NCBI RefSeq assembly: GCF_036365525.1
Contig: NC_090373.1
Span: forward strand, 40,649,590-40,713,589
Length of the DNA stretch: 64,000 bases
Reading direction: 5' to 3'
From: Heterodontus francisci
Taxonomy: Eukaryota
The notes beneath the pieces were generated by a model. That model had not been told where the DNA came from and searched no databases. It saw only the letters and a list, made by a program, of their open reading frames with translations. A program made the translations under genes and the position numbers. Shown one piece after another: positions 1-14,237 of the stretch (the first letter of the stretch is position 1; every line of letters begins with the position of its first letter).

Positions 1-3000
1 ACACCAATCCAAGCACCGTCACCAGTCCACGCACCGTCACCAATCCACGCACCGTCACCAATCCACGTACCGTCACCAATCCACGCAGTCACCAATCCAC
101 TCAGCATCACCAATCGACTCTCCAACACCAATCCACTCGGCATCAGCAATCCACTCTCTGACACCAATATACTCACCGTCGCCAATGCACTCACCGTCAC
201 CAATGCACTCACCATCGCCAATCTACTCACCGACACCAATCTTCTCACCGACACCAATAGCCTCACCGACACCAAAAGCCTCACCGACACCAATACACGC
301 ACCGACACCAAACCACTCACCATCACCAATACATTCACCGTCAACAATCCACTCACCGTCAACAATCTATTCATCGACACCAACATGCATACCGACACCA
401 ATACATCCCCAACACCAATCCAGTTGGCGTCACCAATCCACTCGGAATCATCAATCCACTCGGAATTACCAATATACGCACTGACTCCAAACTACTCATT
501 GTCGCCAATGCACTCGGCATCACCAATCCACTCACCGATACCAATACACTCACCGACACCAATCCACTCACCAACACCAATACACGCACCGAAACCAAAC
601 CACTCACCGTCACCAAGACACAAACCGACACCAATCCACTCGGCATCACCAATCCACTCAGCGACACCAATCCACTCAGCGACACCAATACACTCAGCAT
701 CAGCAATGCACGCACTGACATCAAACCACTCACCGTCACCAATCCACTCGGCATCCCCAATCCAATCAGCATCACCAATCCACGTGGCAACACCAATCCA
801 ATCAGCATCACCAATACACTCAATGACACCAATCCAAGCACCGTCACCAGTCCACGCACCGTCACCAATCCACGCACCGTCACCAATCCACGCAGTCACC
901 AATCCACGCAGTCACCAATCCACTCAGCATCACCAATCGACTCTCCAACACCAATCCACTCGGCATCAGCAATCCACTCTCTGACACCAATATACTCACC
1001 GTCGCCAATGCACTCACCGTCGCCAATGCACTCACCATCACCAATCTACTCACCGACACCAATCTTCTCACCGACACCAATAGCCTCACCGACACCAAAA
1101 GCCTCACCGACACCAATACACGCACCGACACCAAACCACTCACCATCACCAATACATTCACCGACACCAATCCACTCGTCATTACCAATCCACTCTCTGA
1201 CACCTATACTCACCATCACCAATCCACTCACCATCGCCAATTCACCCACCGTCACCCATCCACTCACCGTCACCCATCCACGCACCATCACCCATCCACG
1301 CACCATCACCCATCCACTCACCGACAGCAATACATGCACCGAAACCAAACCACTCACCGTCACCACTACACAAACCGACACCAATCCACTCGGCATCACC
1401 AATCCACTCACCGACACCGATACACTCAGTGACACCGATACACTCAGCGACACCAATATACTCATCATCACCAATGCACGCACTGACATCAAACCACTCA
1501 CCGTCACCAATCCACTCGGCATCACCAATCCAATCAGCATCACCAATACACTCAACGACACCAATCCAGTCACCGTCGCCAATCCAGTCACCGTCGCCAA
1601 TCCACGCACCGTTGCCAATCCACGCACCGTCACCAATCCACTCGGCGACAACAATCCACTCGGCGACAACAATCCACTCACTGTCACCAATCCATTCGGC
1701 GTCACCAATCCATTCGGCATCACCAATCCACTCGGCATCACCAATCCACTCGGCATCACCAATCGACTCTCCAACACCAATCCACTCGGCATCAGCAATC
1801 CACTCTCTGACACCAATATACTCACCGTCACCAATGCACTCACCGTCACCAATCCACTCACCGACACCAATCCACTCACCGACACCAATACACTCACCGA
1901 CACCAATACACTCACCGACACCAATCCACGCACCGACACCAATCCACTCACTGACACCAATCCACTCACTGACACCAATCCACTCAGCATCACCAATCCA
2001 CCCAGCATCACCAATCCACCCAGCATCACCAATCCACCCAGCATCTCCAATCCACTCACCGACACCCTTAGTCTCACCGATACACTCACCGACACCGATC
2101 CACTCGGTGACACCAATCCACTCGGTGACACCAATCCACTCGGTGACACCAATACACTCGGTGACACCAATCCACTCACCAACACCAATACATTCACCAA
2201 CACCAATACACACAGCAACACCAATACACTCACCGACACCCTTAGACTCACCAACACCCTTAACCTCACCGACACACTCACCGTCACCAATCTACTAACC
2301 ATCGCCAATGCACTCAGTGTCACCAATCCACTCACCAACACCAATACACTCACCGACGCCAATACACTCACCGACGCCAATACACACACCGACGCCAATA
2401 CACACCGACGCCAATACACACCGACGCCAATACACACCGACGCCAATACACTCACCGACACCAATACACACACCAACACCAATAGCCTCACCGACACCAA
2501 TAGCCTCACCGACACCAATAGCCTCACCGACACCAAACCACTCACCATCCCCAATACATTCACCAACACCAATACACACGGCATCACCAATCCACTCGGC
2601 ATCACCAATCCACTCAGCGGCACCAATATATACATCATCACAAATACAAGCACTGACACCAAACCACTCACCGTCACCAATCCACTCACCGACACTAATC
2701 CACTCAGCGTCACCAATCCACTCAGCACCACCAATCCACGCACCGACACTAATCCACGCTCCGACACCAATATACTCATCATCACCAAACCACTCACCAA
2801 CACCAATACACTCACCGACACCAATACACTCACTGACACCAATACATTCACCGACACTAATTCACTCGGCGTCACCAATATGCTCACCTTCACCAATCTG
2901 CTCTGCGTCACCAATATGCTCAGCGTCACCAATATGCTCAGCGTCACCAATCCACTCGGCATCACCAATCCATTCGGCATCACCAATTCACTCCGCATCA

Positions 3001-6000
3001 CCAATCTACCCAGCATCACCAATCCACTCACCGACACCCTTAGACTCACCAACACACTCACTGACACCGATACACTCTCTGACACCAATCCACTCGGTGA
3101 CACCAATCCACTCGGCGACACCAATCCACTCACCGTCACCAATCTACTCACTGACACCAATCCACTCACCATCGCCAATGCACTCAGCATCACCAATCCA
3201 CTCACCGACACCAATCTACTCACAGATGCCAATACACTCACCGACACCAATACACTCACCATCACCAATACACTCACCGATACCAATCCACTCACCGACA
3301 CCAATCCACTCACCGACACCAATCCACTCACCGACACCAATCCACTCACCATCGCCAATCCACTCGGCATCACCAATGCACTCACCAAGACCAATATACT
3401 CACTGTCACCAATCCACTCACTGACACCAATATATTTATCGTCACCAATACCTGCATCATCACCAAACCACCCACCTTAACCAATCCACTCGGCATCGCC
3501 AATCCACTCGGCATCACCAATACACTCGGCATCACCAATACACTCGGCATCACCAACCCGCTCACCGTCACCAATACGCTCACTGACACCAACCCACTCA
3601 CCGTCACCAAAGTGCTCACCGAGACCAATCCACTCACCGTCACCAATCAACTCGGCATCACAAATATACTCATCATCACTAATACATCCGAAGAAGGGTC
3701 GCTGACCCGAAACGTTAACTCTGCTTCTCTTTCCACAGATGCTGCCAGACCTGCTGAGTGATTCCAGCATTTCTTGTTTTTGTATCACTAATACACTCAC
3801 TGAAACCAAACCACTCACTGTCACCAATACACTCGGCATCACCAATCAACTCAGCATCACCAAACCACTGACCGACACCAATCCGCTCACCATCACCAAT
3901 ACACTCACCGACACCAATACACTCACCGACACCAATAAACTCATCGTCACCAGTACACGTACCAACACCAAACTACTCACTGTCGCCAATCCACTCGGCA
4001 TCACCAACCAACCCGGCATCACTACTCCACTCGGCATCACCAATCCACTCACCGACACCAATGCACTCACCGACACCAATACACTCACCGACACCAATAC
4101 ACTCACCAACACCAATCCACTTTGCATCAGCAATCCACTCGGCATCACCAAACCAATCACCGACAGCAATATACTCATTATAACCAATCCACTCACCGAT
4201 ACCAATCCACTCACTGACACCAATCCACTCACTGACACCAATCCACTCACTGACACCAATCCACTCAGAGACACCAACATACTCACCATCACCAATACGC
4301 ACCAAAACCAAACCACTCACTGTCACCGATACACTCAACACCAATCCACTCAGCATTAGCAATCCACTTGGCATTCCCAATACACTCACCATCAACAATA
4401 CTCTCTCCGACACCAGTCCACTCACTGACACCAATACACTCAGCGACACCAATACACTCATCATCACCAATACAAGCACCGACACCAAACCACTTACCGT
4501 CACCAATACACTCACCGACACCAATGTACTCATCATCACCAAAACATACACTGACACCAAACCACTCACCATCACAAATCCACTTGGCATCACCAATCCA
4601 CTCGGCATCACCAATCCACTCACCGACACCAATCTACTCACCGACACCAATCCACTCGGCTTCACCAATAGACTCACTGACATTAATACACTCCGCGAGA
4701 CCAATATACTCATAATCACCAATACACACACTGAAACCAAACCACTCAGCGTCACCAATCCACTCAGCATCACAATTCCACCGGCATCACCAATCCACTC
4801 GGCATCACCAATCCTCCGACCAGCACCAATACACTCACCGACACCAGTACACTCACTGACACAAATTCACTCGGCATCACCAATACACTGACCGTCAAGA
4901 ATCTGCTCGCCGTCACCAATACACGCACCGACTCCAAACCACTCACCATCACCAATCCACTCGGCATCACCAACCACTCGGCATCACCAATACACGCACC
5001 GGCACCAATCCACTCGGCATCACCAATCCACTCACCAACACCAATACACTCAGCGACACCAATACACTCAGCGACACCAATACAGGCACCGACAGCAAAC
5101 CATTCACTGTCACCAATACACTCACTGACACCAATATACTCGGCGTCACCAATCCACTCATCGACACCAATCCACTCGGCATCACCAATCCACTCACTGT
5201 CACCAATCCGCTCACTGTCACCAATCCACTCAGCATCACTGATCCACTCAGCATCACTGATCCACTCACCAACAGCAATACACTCAGCGACACCAATACA
5301 CTCAGCGACACCAATACACTCATCATAACCAATACAGGCACCGACAGCAAACCATTCACTGTCACCAATACACTCACTGACACTAATATACTCGGCATCA
5401 CCAATACACTCATCGACACCAATCCACTCGGTATCACCAATCCACTCACTGACACCAATCCGCTCACTGACACCAATCCACTCGGCATCACCAGTTCACC
5501 CGGCTTCACCAGTCCACCCGGCTTCACCAGTCCACTGAACATCACCAATCTACTCGGCATCACCAATACACTCACCGACACCAATACACTCACCGACACC
5601 AATACCCTCGGCATCACCAATCCGCTCACCGTCTGCAATATGCTCACCGTCACCAATCCATTCGGCATCACCAATCCACTCACCGACACCAATCCACTCG
5701 ACTTCACCAATAGACTCACTGACACTAATACACTCCGCGAGACCAATATACTCCACCAATACACACACTGAAACCAAACCACTCAGCGTCACCAATCCAC
5801 TCGGCATCACAAATCCACCGGCATCACCAATCCAATCGGCATCACCAATCCTCCAACCAGCACCAATACACTCACCGTCACCAGTACACTCACTGACACA
5901 AATTCACTCGGCATCGCCAATACACTGACCGTCACGAATCTGCTCGCCGTCACCAATACATGCACCGACACCAAACCACTAACCATCACCAATCCACTCG

Positions 6001-8628
6001 GCATCACCAACCACTCGGCATCACCAATACACACACCGGCACCAATCCAATCACCGTCACCAATCCACTCACTGACACCAATCCACTCGGCATCACCAAT
6101 CCACTCACCAACACCAATACACTCAGCGAAACCAATACACTCATCATAACCAATATAGGCACCGACAGCAATCCATTCACTGTCACCAATACACTCACTG
6201 ACACCAATATACTCGGCATCACCAATACACTCATCGACACCAATCCACTTATCGACACCAATCCACTCGGCATCACCAGTCCACCCGGCTTCACCAGTCC
6301 ACTGAACATCACCAATCTACTCGGCATCACCAATACACTCACCGACACCAATAAACTCACCAACACCAATACACTCACCGACACCAATACCCTCGGCATC
6401 CCCAATCCGCTCACCGTCTGCAATATGCTCACCGTCACCAATCCATTCGGCATCACCAATCCACTCACTGACACCAATCCACTCGACTTCACCAATAGAC
6501 TCACTGACACTAATACACTCCGCGAGACCAATATACTCCACCAATACACACACTGAAACCAAACCACTCAGCGTCACCAATCCACTCGGCATCACAAATC
6601 CACCGGCATCACCAATCCACTCGGCATCACCAATCCTCCAACCAGCACCAATACACTCACCGACACCAGTACACTCACTGACACAAATTCACTCGGCATC
6701 GCCAATACACTGACCGTCACGAATCTGCTCGCCGTCACCAATACATGCACCGACACCAAACCACTAACCATCACCAATCCACTCGGCATCACCAACCACT
6801 CGGCATCACCAATACACACACCGGCACCAATCCAATCACCGTCACCAATCCACTCACTGACACCAATCCACTCGGCATCACCAATCCACTCACCAACACC
6901 AATACACTCAGCAAAACCAATACACTCATCATAACCAATACAGGCGCCGACAGCAAACCATTCACTGTCACCAATACACTCACTGACACCAATATACTCG
7001 GCATCACCAATACACTCATCAACACCAATCCACTCATCGACACCAATCCACTTGGCATCACCAATCCACTCGGCATCACCAATCCACTCACCGACGCCGA
7101 TCCACTCGGCATCACTTATCCACCCGGCATCACTGATCCACTTGGCATCACCAATCCACTCACTGACACCAATACACTCAGCGACACCAACATACTCATC
7201 CTCACCAATACACGCACTGACACCAATCCACTCGGCATCACCAATCCACTCAGCATCACCAGTCCACCCGGCTTCACCAGTCCACCCGGCTTAACCAGTC
7301 CACCCGGCTTAACCAGTACACTCACCGACACCAATACACTCACCGACACAAATACCCTCGGCATCACCAATCCGCTCACTGTCTGCAATGTGCTCACCGT
7401 CACCAATATGCTCACCATCACCAATCCACTCGGGATCACCAATCCACTCGGGATCACCAATCCACTCGGGATCACCAATCCACTCACCGACGCAAATACA
7501 TTCACCATCACCAATCCAGTCATCGACACCAATCCAGTAATCGACACCAATCCACTCACCGACACCAATCCACCCGGCATCACCAATCCACTCACCAACA
7601 CCAATCTATTCACCAACACCAATCTATTCACCGACACCAAACTATTCACTGACACCAAGCCACTCACCGCCACCAATCCACTTGGCAACACCAATCCACT
7701 AACAATTACCAATCCAATCACAGTCACCAATACACTCACCGACACCAATACACTCACCGACACCAATAGACTCACCTATAACAATATACTCACCTACACC
7801 AATCCACCCGGCATCACCAATCCACTCGGCATCACCAATCCACTCACCGACGCCGATCCACTCGGCATCACTTATCCACCCGGCATCACTGATCCACTTG
7901 GCATCACCAATCCACTCACTGACACCAATACACTCAGCGACACCAACATACTCATCCTCACCAATACACGCACTGACACCAATCCACTCGGCATCACCAA
8001 TCCACTCAGCATCACAAGTCCACCCGGCTTCACCAGTCCACCCGGCTTAACCAGTCCACCCGGCTTAACCAGTACACTCACCGACACCAATACACTCACC
8101 GACACAAATACCCTCGGCATCACCAATCCGCTCACTGTCTGCAATATGCTCACCGTCACCAATATGCTCACCATCACCAATCCATTCGGCATCACCAATC
8201 CACTCGGGATCACCAATCCACTCGGGATCACCAATCCACTCACCGACGCAAATACATTCACCATCACCAATCCAGTCATCGACACCAATCCAGTAATCGA
8301 CACCAATCCACTCACCGACACCAATCCACCCGGCATCACCAATCCACTCACCAACGCCAATCTATTCACCAACACCAATCTATTCACCGCCACCAATCTA
8401 TTCACTGACACCAAGTCACTCACCGCCACCAATCCACTTGGCAACACCAATCCACTAACAATTACCAATCCAATCACAGTCACCAATACACTCACCGACA
8501 CCAATACACTCACCGACACCAATACACTCACCGATAACAATAGACTCACCGACACCAATACACCCGGCATCACCAATCCACTCACCATCACCAATCCACT
8601 CACCATCACCAATCCACTCAACAACACC
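1..8628. repeat. 18-bp tandem satellite (consensus ~CACCAATCCACTCACCGA / CACCAATCCACTCGGCAT), runs off the left edge
   Basis: Obvious 18-nt periodicity giving hexapeptide-repeat ORFs in several frames (TNPLTD, SPIHSP, VSGLVS, WIGDAE). Duplicated blocks occur at offsets of ~823, ~785 and ~756 nt. Confidence 0.97.
3687..3783 (+). mobile_element. Penelope-like element 3' (pLTR) stub inserted in the satellite
   Basis: TCCGAAGAAGGGTCGCTGACCCGAAACGTTAACTCTGC...CCAGCATTTCTTGTTTTTG matches the 3' end of the PLE copies at 38109-38205. It is flanked by the repeat variant ATCACTAATACA at 3675-3686 and 3784-3795 (probable TSD). Confidence 0.88.
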
Positions 8629-8629
8629 A

Positions 8630-9048
8630 TTGGACAGGCTAGGCTTCTTTCGGCTGGAATTTAGAAGAGTAAGAGGCAACTTGATTGAAACATATAAGAT
8701 CCTGAGAGGTCTTGACAGGGTGGATGTGGAAAGGATGTTTCCCCTTGTGGGAGAATCTAGAACTAGGGGTCACTGTTTAAAAATAAGGGGTCGCCCATTT
8801 AAGGCAGAGATGAGGAGAAATTATTTCTCTCAGAGGGTCGTAAGTCTTTGGAATTCTCTTCCTCAAAAGGCAGTGGAAGCAGAGTCTTTGAATTTTTTTA
8901 GGCAGAGGTAGATAGATTCTTGATAAGCAAGGGGGTGGAAGGTTATCGGGGGTAGGTGAAAATGTGGAGTAATCAGTTCAGCCATGATCTTATTGAATGG
9001 CGGAGCAGGCACGAAGGGCCGAGTGGCCTAATTCGTATGTTCGTATGT
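8630..9048 (+). mobile_element. CR1 LINE 3' end (5'-truncated)
   Basis: LEFRRVRGNLIETYKILRGLD...RTRGH...FSQRVVSLWNSLP CR1 C-terminal signature and a (TTCGTATG)n tail. Confidence 0.9.
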
Positions 9049-9184
9049 CCAACCGGTGGTGAAAAGGGTGGAGCCTGCATGGGAACAGTCTCCGACTCCC
9101 AGGACAATGGTTGGAGACTAGGTTCTGAGGCAGTGTGCTGAGTTGGTGTCAGTAAATCACAAGGGGAAAAGCAATTGTCTTGGA

Positions 9185-9440
9185 AAGTAGTGGCTGATCA
9201 GGGCCAGAGTGATCTCCTGGACTCGTTTCGATCGCCTTAGGGGGTCGGAGAGGAATTTCCCAGATTTTTTTCCCAAATTGGCCTGGGATTTTTTGTCTGG
9301 TTTTTTGCCTCTCTCAGGAGATCACATGGTCTTAGGTGGGGTGGGGAGTCAGTCTGTATTGTGATGAAAAAGCATCGCAGTTGTGTGGGATGTGCTGGAT
9401 GGAGCAGACAGGAACCTATCCGTCTGTCAATTCTTTATTA
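9185..9440 (+). repeat. Probable CR1-group 3'UTR fragment with internal stem
   Basis: 11-bp inverted pair GTGATCTCCTG (9209-9219) / CAGGAGATCAC (9315-9325) followed by a degenerate CR1-like tail. Confidence 0.4.
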
Positions 9441-9597
9441 AGACACGTTAATTCACAACTTCAATGTGAAATCTGGAAATAAATGTGGACTCAAATTGGA
9501 CAAACTTTCTGTGTGTTTTCTGATTTGCGCGCAGACTAGAATAAGGACCAGAAAGGGGAACAGCCCTCTTCATCTTCAGATGCAGACTGATGAGTTT

Positions 9598-10000
9598 GTT
9601 TTTATTCATTCATGGGATGTGAGTGTTGCTGGTGAGGCCAGCATTTATTGCCCCTCCCTTCTTGAATACGGATGTGTGGCTTGCTAGGCTCTTTCAGAGG
9701 GCAGTAAAGGATGGCAGATTTCCTTTCCTGAAGGACATTAGTGAGCCAGATGGATTTTTACAACAATCCCCTAGTTTCATGGTCACCATTACTGATACAA
9801 GCTTTTTAATTCCACATTCTGATTTTATTAACTGACTTTAAATTCCCCAGCTGCTGTGATGGGATTTGAACTTGTGTCTCTGGATTATTAGTCCTTCTTT
9901 TGGGCCTCCTTATCTCGAGAGACAATGGATACGCGCCTGGAGGACTATTAGTCCTAGTCTCTGGATTACTAGTCCAGTATTATAACCATAATGCCACTGT
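9598..10000 (-). mobile_element. tRNA-derived SINE with LINE-derived 3' tail
   Basis: Reverse complement of the SINE at 28520-28878 (B-box-like GTTCAAATCCC, core CCATCTGGxTCACTAATGTCC, tail GGGCAATAAATGCTGGCC). Confidence 0.75.
9895..9943 (-). mobile_element. 49-nt 3'-terminal stub of the RTE family
   Basis: Reverse complement CCTCCAGGCGCGTATCCATTGTCTCTCGAGATAAGGAGGCCCAAAAGAA matches RTE 57024-57070. TATTAGTCC is duplicated at 9886-9894 and 9946-9954. Confidence 0.85.
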
Positions 10001-10729
10001 ATTGCCCTTCGGCTCAGCTATTGACTGTGTGAACTCTCTGATCCACATACGAGGCAGACCTCAACTCAATCCCCAGTCTGCTACAACAACGTACATAAAG
10101 ACTATCAGGTGCATCAAGCTCACCCCATTCAGCAGACAGTATAACCTCACACACTGCCACCTCTCTTCCACATTAACGCTATCTCTTGGAATGGAAAGAA
10201 CCGTTGCCAATTCAGGGAAATCCACTGGGCAACTACTCTGCCAACACCCTGAGGCTCCAGCAGGACACGTCACAATCTAACCTGACTACTAAGTCCTGTA
10301 ACTAGCAATATCCTTTCAGGAACTTAGCAAGTGCCTCTTTTAAGGGTGTCTCTGATGCACATGTTTGTTCCAGAGGGTGATGGGCCTATGACAAGTCATA
10401 CAGCACAGAAGATGACCATTCCGCCCATCGTGCCTGTGACATCTTTACCGGAGCCGTACACCCAATCCCACCCTCCCCAAGCCTTACCCAAACACAAACT
10501 GGTGAGAAGGAAAGAGACATGCACTAAATACATGGAGGGAACAGGGGACAGCAAGACAAGGGCAAGTACAAAGAGATTTGAAAATAAGTGAGAAAAAACA
10601 ATTAGGGCAAAGAAATTAAATTATCAAGGAATATAAAACAGGAGAGTAAAATATTTGACAGACACACAAATAAACAAATGGAAGTCTTAATGGGAATCAT
10701 GCCATTTAATGATGGACAGGATAATATCC

Positions 10730-11820
10730 CAACAACTTGTATTTATATCGCATAGTACAACATCCCAAGGTGCTTCGCAGGGGCATTATCAAACAAAATC
10801 AGACAAAGAGCCACAAAAGGAGATATTAGGGCAAGTGACCAAAAGATTGGTCCAAGAAGTAGGTTTTAAGGAGAGACTTAAAGGAGGAACATGAGTTAGA
10901 GAGGCAGAAAGGTTTAGGGAGGATATTCCAGAGTTTAGGGCCCAGGCAGCAGAAGGCACAGTGACCAGTGATTAAAATCGGGGATGCTTACGAGGCCAGC
11001 ATTAGAGGAGTGCAGATAACTCAGAGGGTTGTAGGGTTGGAGGAGATTCCAGAGTTAGGGAGGAGACAGGTCATGGAGGAATTTGAAAATAAGGATGACA
11101 CTTTTACATTGCTTGAACCAGGAACCAATGTAGGTTAGTGAGCACAGGGCTGATAGGGGAATGGAACTTAGTGCAGCAGAGGATGACCTCAAGTTTACAG
11201 AGACTGTAGAATGTAAGGGACCAGCCAGAAATGCATTTGAATGGTCAAGTCTAGAGGTAAAAAAGGCATGGATGAGGATTTCAGCAGCAGATGAGCTGAG
11301 ACAAGGGCAGAGTCCAATGATGTTAGGATCCTAGAAATAGGCGGCTTTAATAATGGCATGGATGTGTGGTGGGAAGCTCATATTGGGATCAAACATGACA
11401 TCAAAGTTGTGAACAGTCCTGTTCAGTCTCAGACTGCTGTCAGGGAGAGGGATGGAGTCAGTACCTAGGGAATGGAGTTTGGAGCCGGGATTGCAAACAA
11501 TGGCTTCAGCCTTCCCAATATTTAATTGGAGGAAGTTTCTGCTCATCCAGTATTGGATGTCGGATAAGCAGTTTGATCATTTAGCAACAGTGGAGGAGTC
11601 AAGAGGGGTGGTGGTGAGACAGAGGTGAGTGTCGTCAGTATACATGTGAAAACTAACACTGTGCTTTCGGATGATGTCACCGAGGGGCAGCATGTAGAAG
11701 AGAAATAGGACGGGGCCATGGATAGATCCTTGGGGGATACCGGAGGTAACTGTATGACAGCAGGAAGAGAAGTCATTACAAGTGATTCTCTGGCTACACT
11801 TAGATAAGAATGGAACAGGT
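10730..11820 (-). mobile_element. L2 LINE, RT domain to 3' end, degraded
   Basis: [41 protein letters not shown] and MSRNFLQLNIGKAEAI are L2 RT motifs. L2-type tail (rc of CAACAACTTGTATTTATATCGC). Confidence 0.88.
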
Positions 11821-11839
11821 AGGAGCAGCTCTAGGATGT

Positions 11840-13855
11840 CATTTGTGATCTTGATAAGCAGGCAACGACAGGGAAATTGCAGAAATATTAAATAATTACT
11901 TTGCTTCAGTATTTGCCAGGCAAACAGGACAGGTGGACACAAAATCGAATGATGAGATTAGAAATGAGATAACAGCACTTAAAATAAAGAGAGTTTAAAT
12001 ATTAAATAATCAGACTTAGAGGATAAAATCGCTGGTCTGGACAGATTACAACTGCACATTTGAAAAAAATCAAGGGAAGTGATAGCAGAGGCATTATTAC
12101 ATATTAATGATTCATTAGAGAAAGATGTCGTACCAGAAGACTTGTGGATAGCTCATATTATACCTATTTTTCAGAAGGGAGCTAGAACCTATTAGGGAAC
12201 GATAGACTGGTCAGCTTAATATCAGGGGTGAGAAAGGAGAGACTCAAGGAACATCCAGAAACCATAAATATAACAAATAGTCAGCATAGATTTCACAAGG
12301 GAAAGTCTTGCTTGACCAATCTCATTGAATCTTTTGAAGATGTGACAGAGAGAGTAGACAAAGGAAATGCTGTAGATGTAATTTAACCAGATTTTTGAAT
12401 GGCCTTGGCTAAGGTACCGCATCATAGACTGATGAATCAGGTCAGGGGACAAGTTGCAGAATGATGAGTTAGCTGACTGCAAGACAGAAAGCAAAGAATG
12501 GGAGTGAAGCATAGTTATTCAGAGTGACAGAATCGGGGAAGTGATATTCCACAAGGTTCTGTGCAGGGACCACTGCTGTTTACAATTTATATTAAATTTA
12601 GACTTTGTAACTAAAAGCACAATTGTAGATAACACCAAATTGGGGGGAAAGTCAACACTGAGGAAGACTCAAAAACTTTCAAGAAGATATGAAAAACTTG
12701 CAAAATGGACATTTAATTGGCAAATGAATTTCAATAGAGATAAATGGGAGGTATTAGATTTTGGCAAGAAAGATAAGACTGTTGCATATGACTTGGAAAA
12801 TAAGAATCTAAATGGGGTAAAAGAGCAAAGGGATCTGGGATTACAAGTATAACCATCACTAAAAGTAGCGACACAGGTTAAAAGGTCATAAATAATACAA
12901 ACCAAGCACTTGGGTTTATTTCTCGAGGGATAGATTTGAAAAGCAAAGACGTTACGCTAAACTTGCAGCAAACCTTGTTTAGACCACACCTGGAGTACCG
13001 TGTACAATTCTGTACACCATATAATCAAAAGGATCTTGAGGCACTGGAGATGGTGCAAAGCAGATTTACAAGGATGATAGCAGAACTGTGAGGTTCTACC
13101 AATCAGGAAAAGATGAACAGGCTGGGTCTCTTTCCTCTAGAAAAGTGAAGGCTGATGGACGACCTAATAGAGGTCTTTAAATTATAAAGTTTTGATCAAG
13201 TACAAACAGAATGTTTCCACTTGTGGGGAAGAGCAAAGCATGAGTCCACCAATCTAAGATAGTCATTAATAAATCCCATAGGGAATTCAGGAGAACCTTT
13301 TTTACCCAGAGTGGTGAGAATGTGAAACTCACTACCACAGGGAGTGGTTCAGGTGAATAGTATAGATGTATTTAAGGGGTAGCTAGATAAACACATGAGG
13401 GAGAGAGAAGGGAATAGAGGTTTATGATGCTAAGCGGCGCAGTGGTTAGCACCGCAGCCTCACAGCTCCAGGGTCCCGGGTTCAATTCTGGGTACTGCCT
13501 GTGCGGAGTTTGCAAGTTCTCCCTGTGACCGTGTGGGTTTTCTCCGGGTGCTCCGGTTTCCTCCCACAGCCAAAGACTTGCAGGTTGATAGGTAAATTGG
13601 CCATTATAAATTGCCCCTAGTATAGGTTAGGTGGTCGGGGAAGGTGGGGACGTGAGAGGGCAAGGGGATTAATATAGGATTAGTATAAATGGATGGTTGA
13701 TGGTCAGCACAGACTCGGTGGGCCAAAGGGCCTGTTTCAGTGCTGTATCTCTAAATAAATAAAAAAGTTAGATGAGGAAAGATGGGAGGAGGCTCAAGTG
13801 GAGCATGGACCGGTTGGGCCTAATGGCCTGTTTCGGTGCTGCATATTCTATGTAA
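11840..13855 (+). mobile_element. Degraded CR1 LINE ORF2/3' end, interrupted by a V-SINE
   Basis: Broken CR1 motifs: KSCLTNLIES, DNTKLGG, WQMNFN, RPHLEY..QF, FFTQ..WNSLP. The CR1 tail resumes after 13767. Confidence 0.85.
13434..13766 (+). mobile_element. V-SINE (shark HE1-like)
   Basis: tRNA-like head GGCGCAGTGGTTAGCAC...GGTTCAATTC, V-domain GGAGTTTGC...CCGGGTGCTCCGGTTTCCTCCCAC and CR1-derived tail GGGCCTGTTTCAGTGCTGTATCTCTAAA. Confidence 0.92.
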
Positions 13856-13914
13856 TACTGTGTAAATTTAGATTTCTAAGGATCAAAATAAGGTTTATCA
13901 TGTCATAAAAGCTG

Positions 13915-14100
13915 GTTGCACCTCAGGACCTCCCAAAGTGTTCACCGCCAATTGAACACTTCTGATGTGTGGTCACTGTTGCAATTTAGGAAACACAGCA
14001 GCCAATTTGTGCACAGCAAGCTCCCACAAACTGCAATGTGATCATGACCAGAAAAGCTGTTTTTACATGTTGGATGAGGAACAAATACTGGCCAGATCAC
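13915..14100 (-). mobile_element. Deu-SINE 3' part
   Basis: Reverse complement matches the SINE 3' half at 32700-32850 (GGGAGCTTGCTGTGCACAAATTGGCTGC...). Confidence 0.65.
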
Positions 14101-14237
14101 ATGATCAAATGTACTTTCACACATTTTTCAATTTTATTAACATTTTTTTCACTTGGAGACAGACCGAAATCTCCCTCAAAATCCTACAGTTGATACTTTT
14201 CTCCCCAGAGTCATCAACTCTTTCCACTGGAGACTAA

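Noticed and set aside
1008-3761. 917-aa Thr/Asn-rich hexapeptide ORF (and the 866-aa, 639-aa and other satellite ORFs) as a mucin or ice-binding solenoid gene
   Set aside because: The 18-bp unit has no codon near a stop in this frame, several frames on both strands are open at once, there is no signal peptide or unique domain, and the ORF ends in a PLE stub.
1-8628. CRISPR-like array
   Set aside because: Contiguous degenerate tandem units with no unique spacers and no cas genes, in a vertebrate context.
13434-13500. tRNA genes at SINE heads (also 33040, 30570, 58231)
   Set aside because: A/B boxes are present but there is no complete cloverleaf, and they continue into SINE core and tail sequence.
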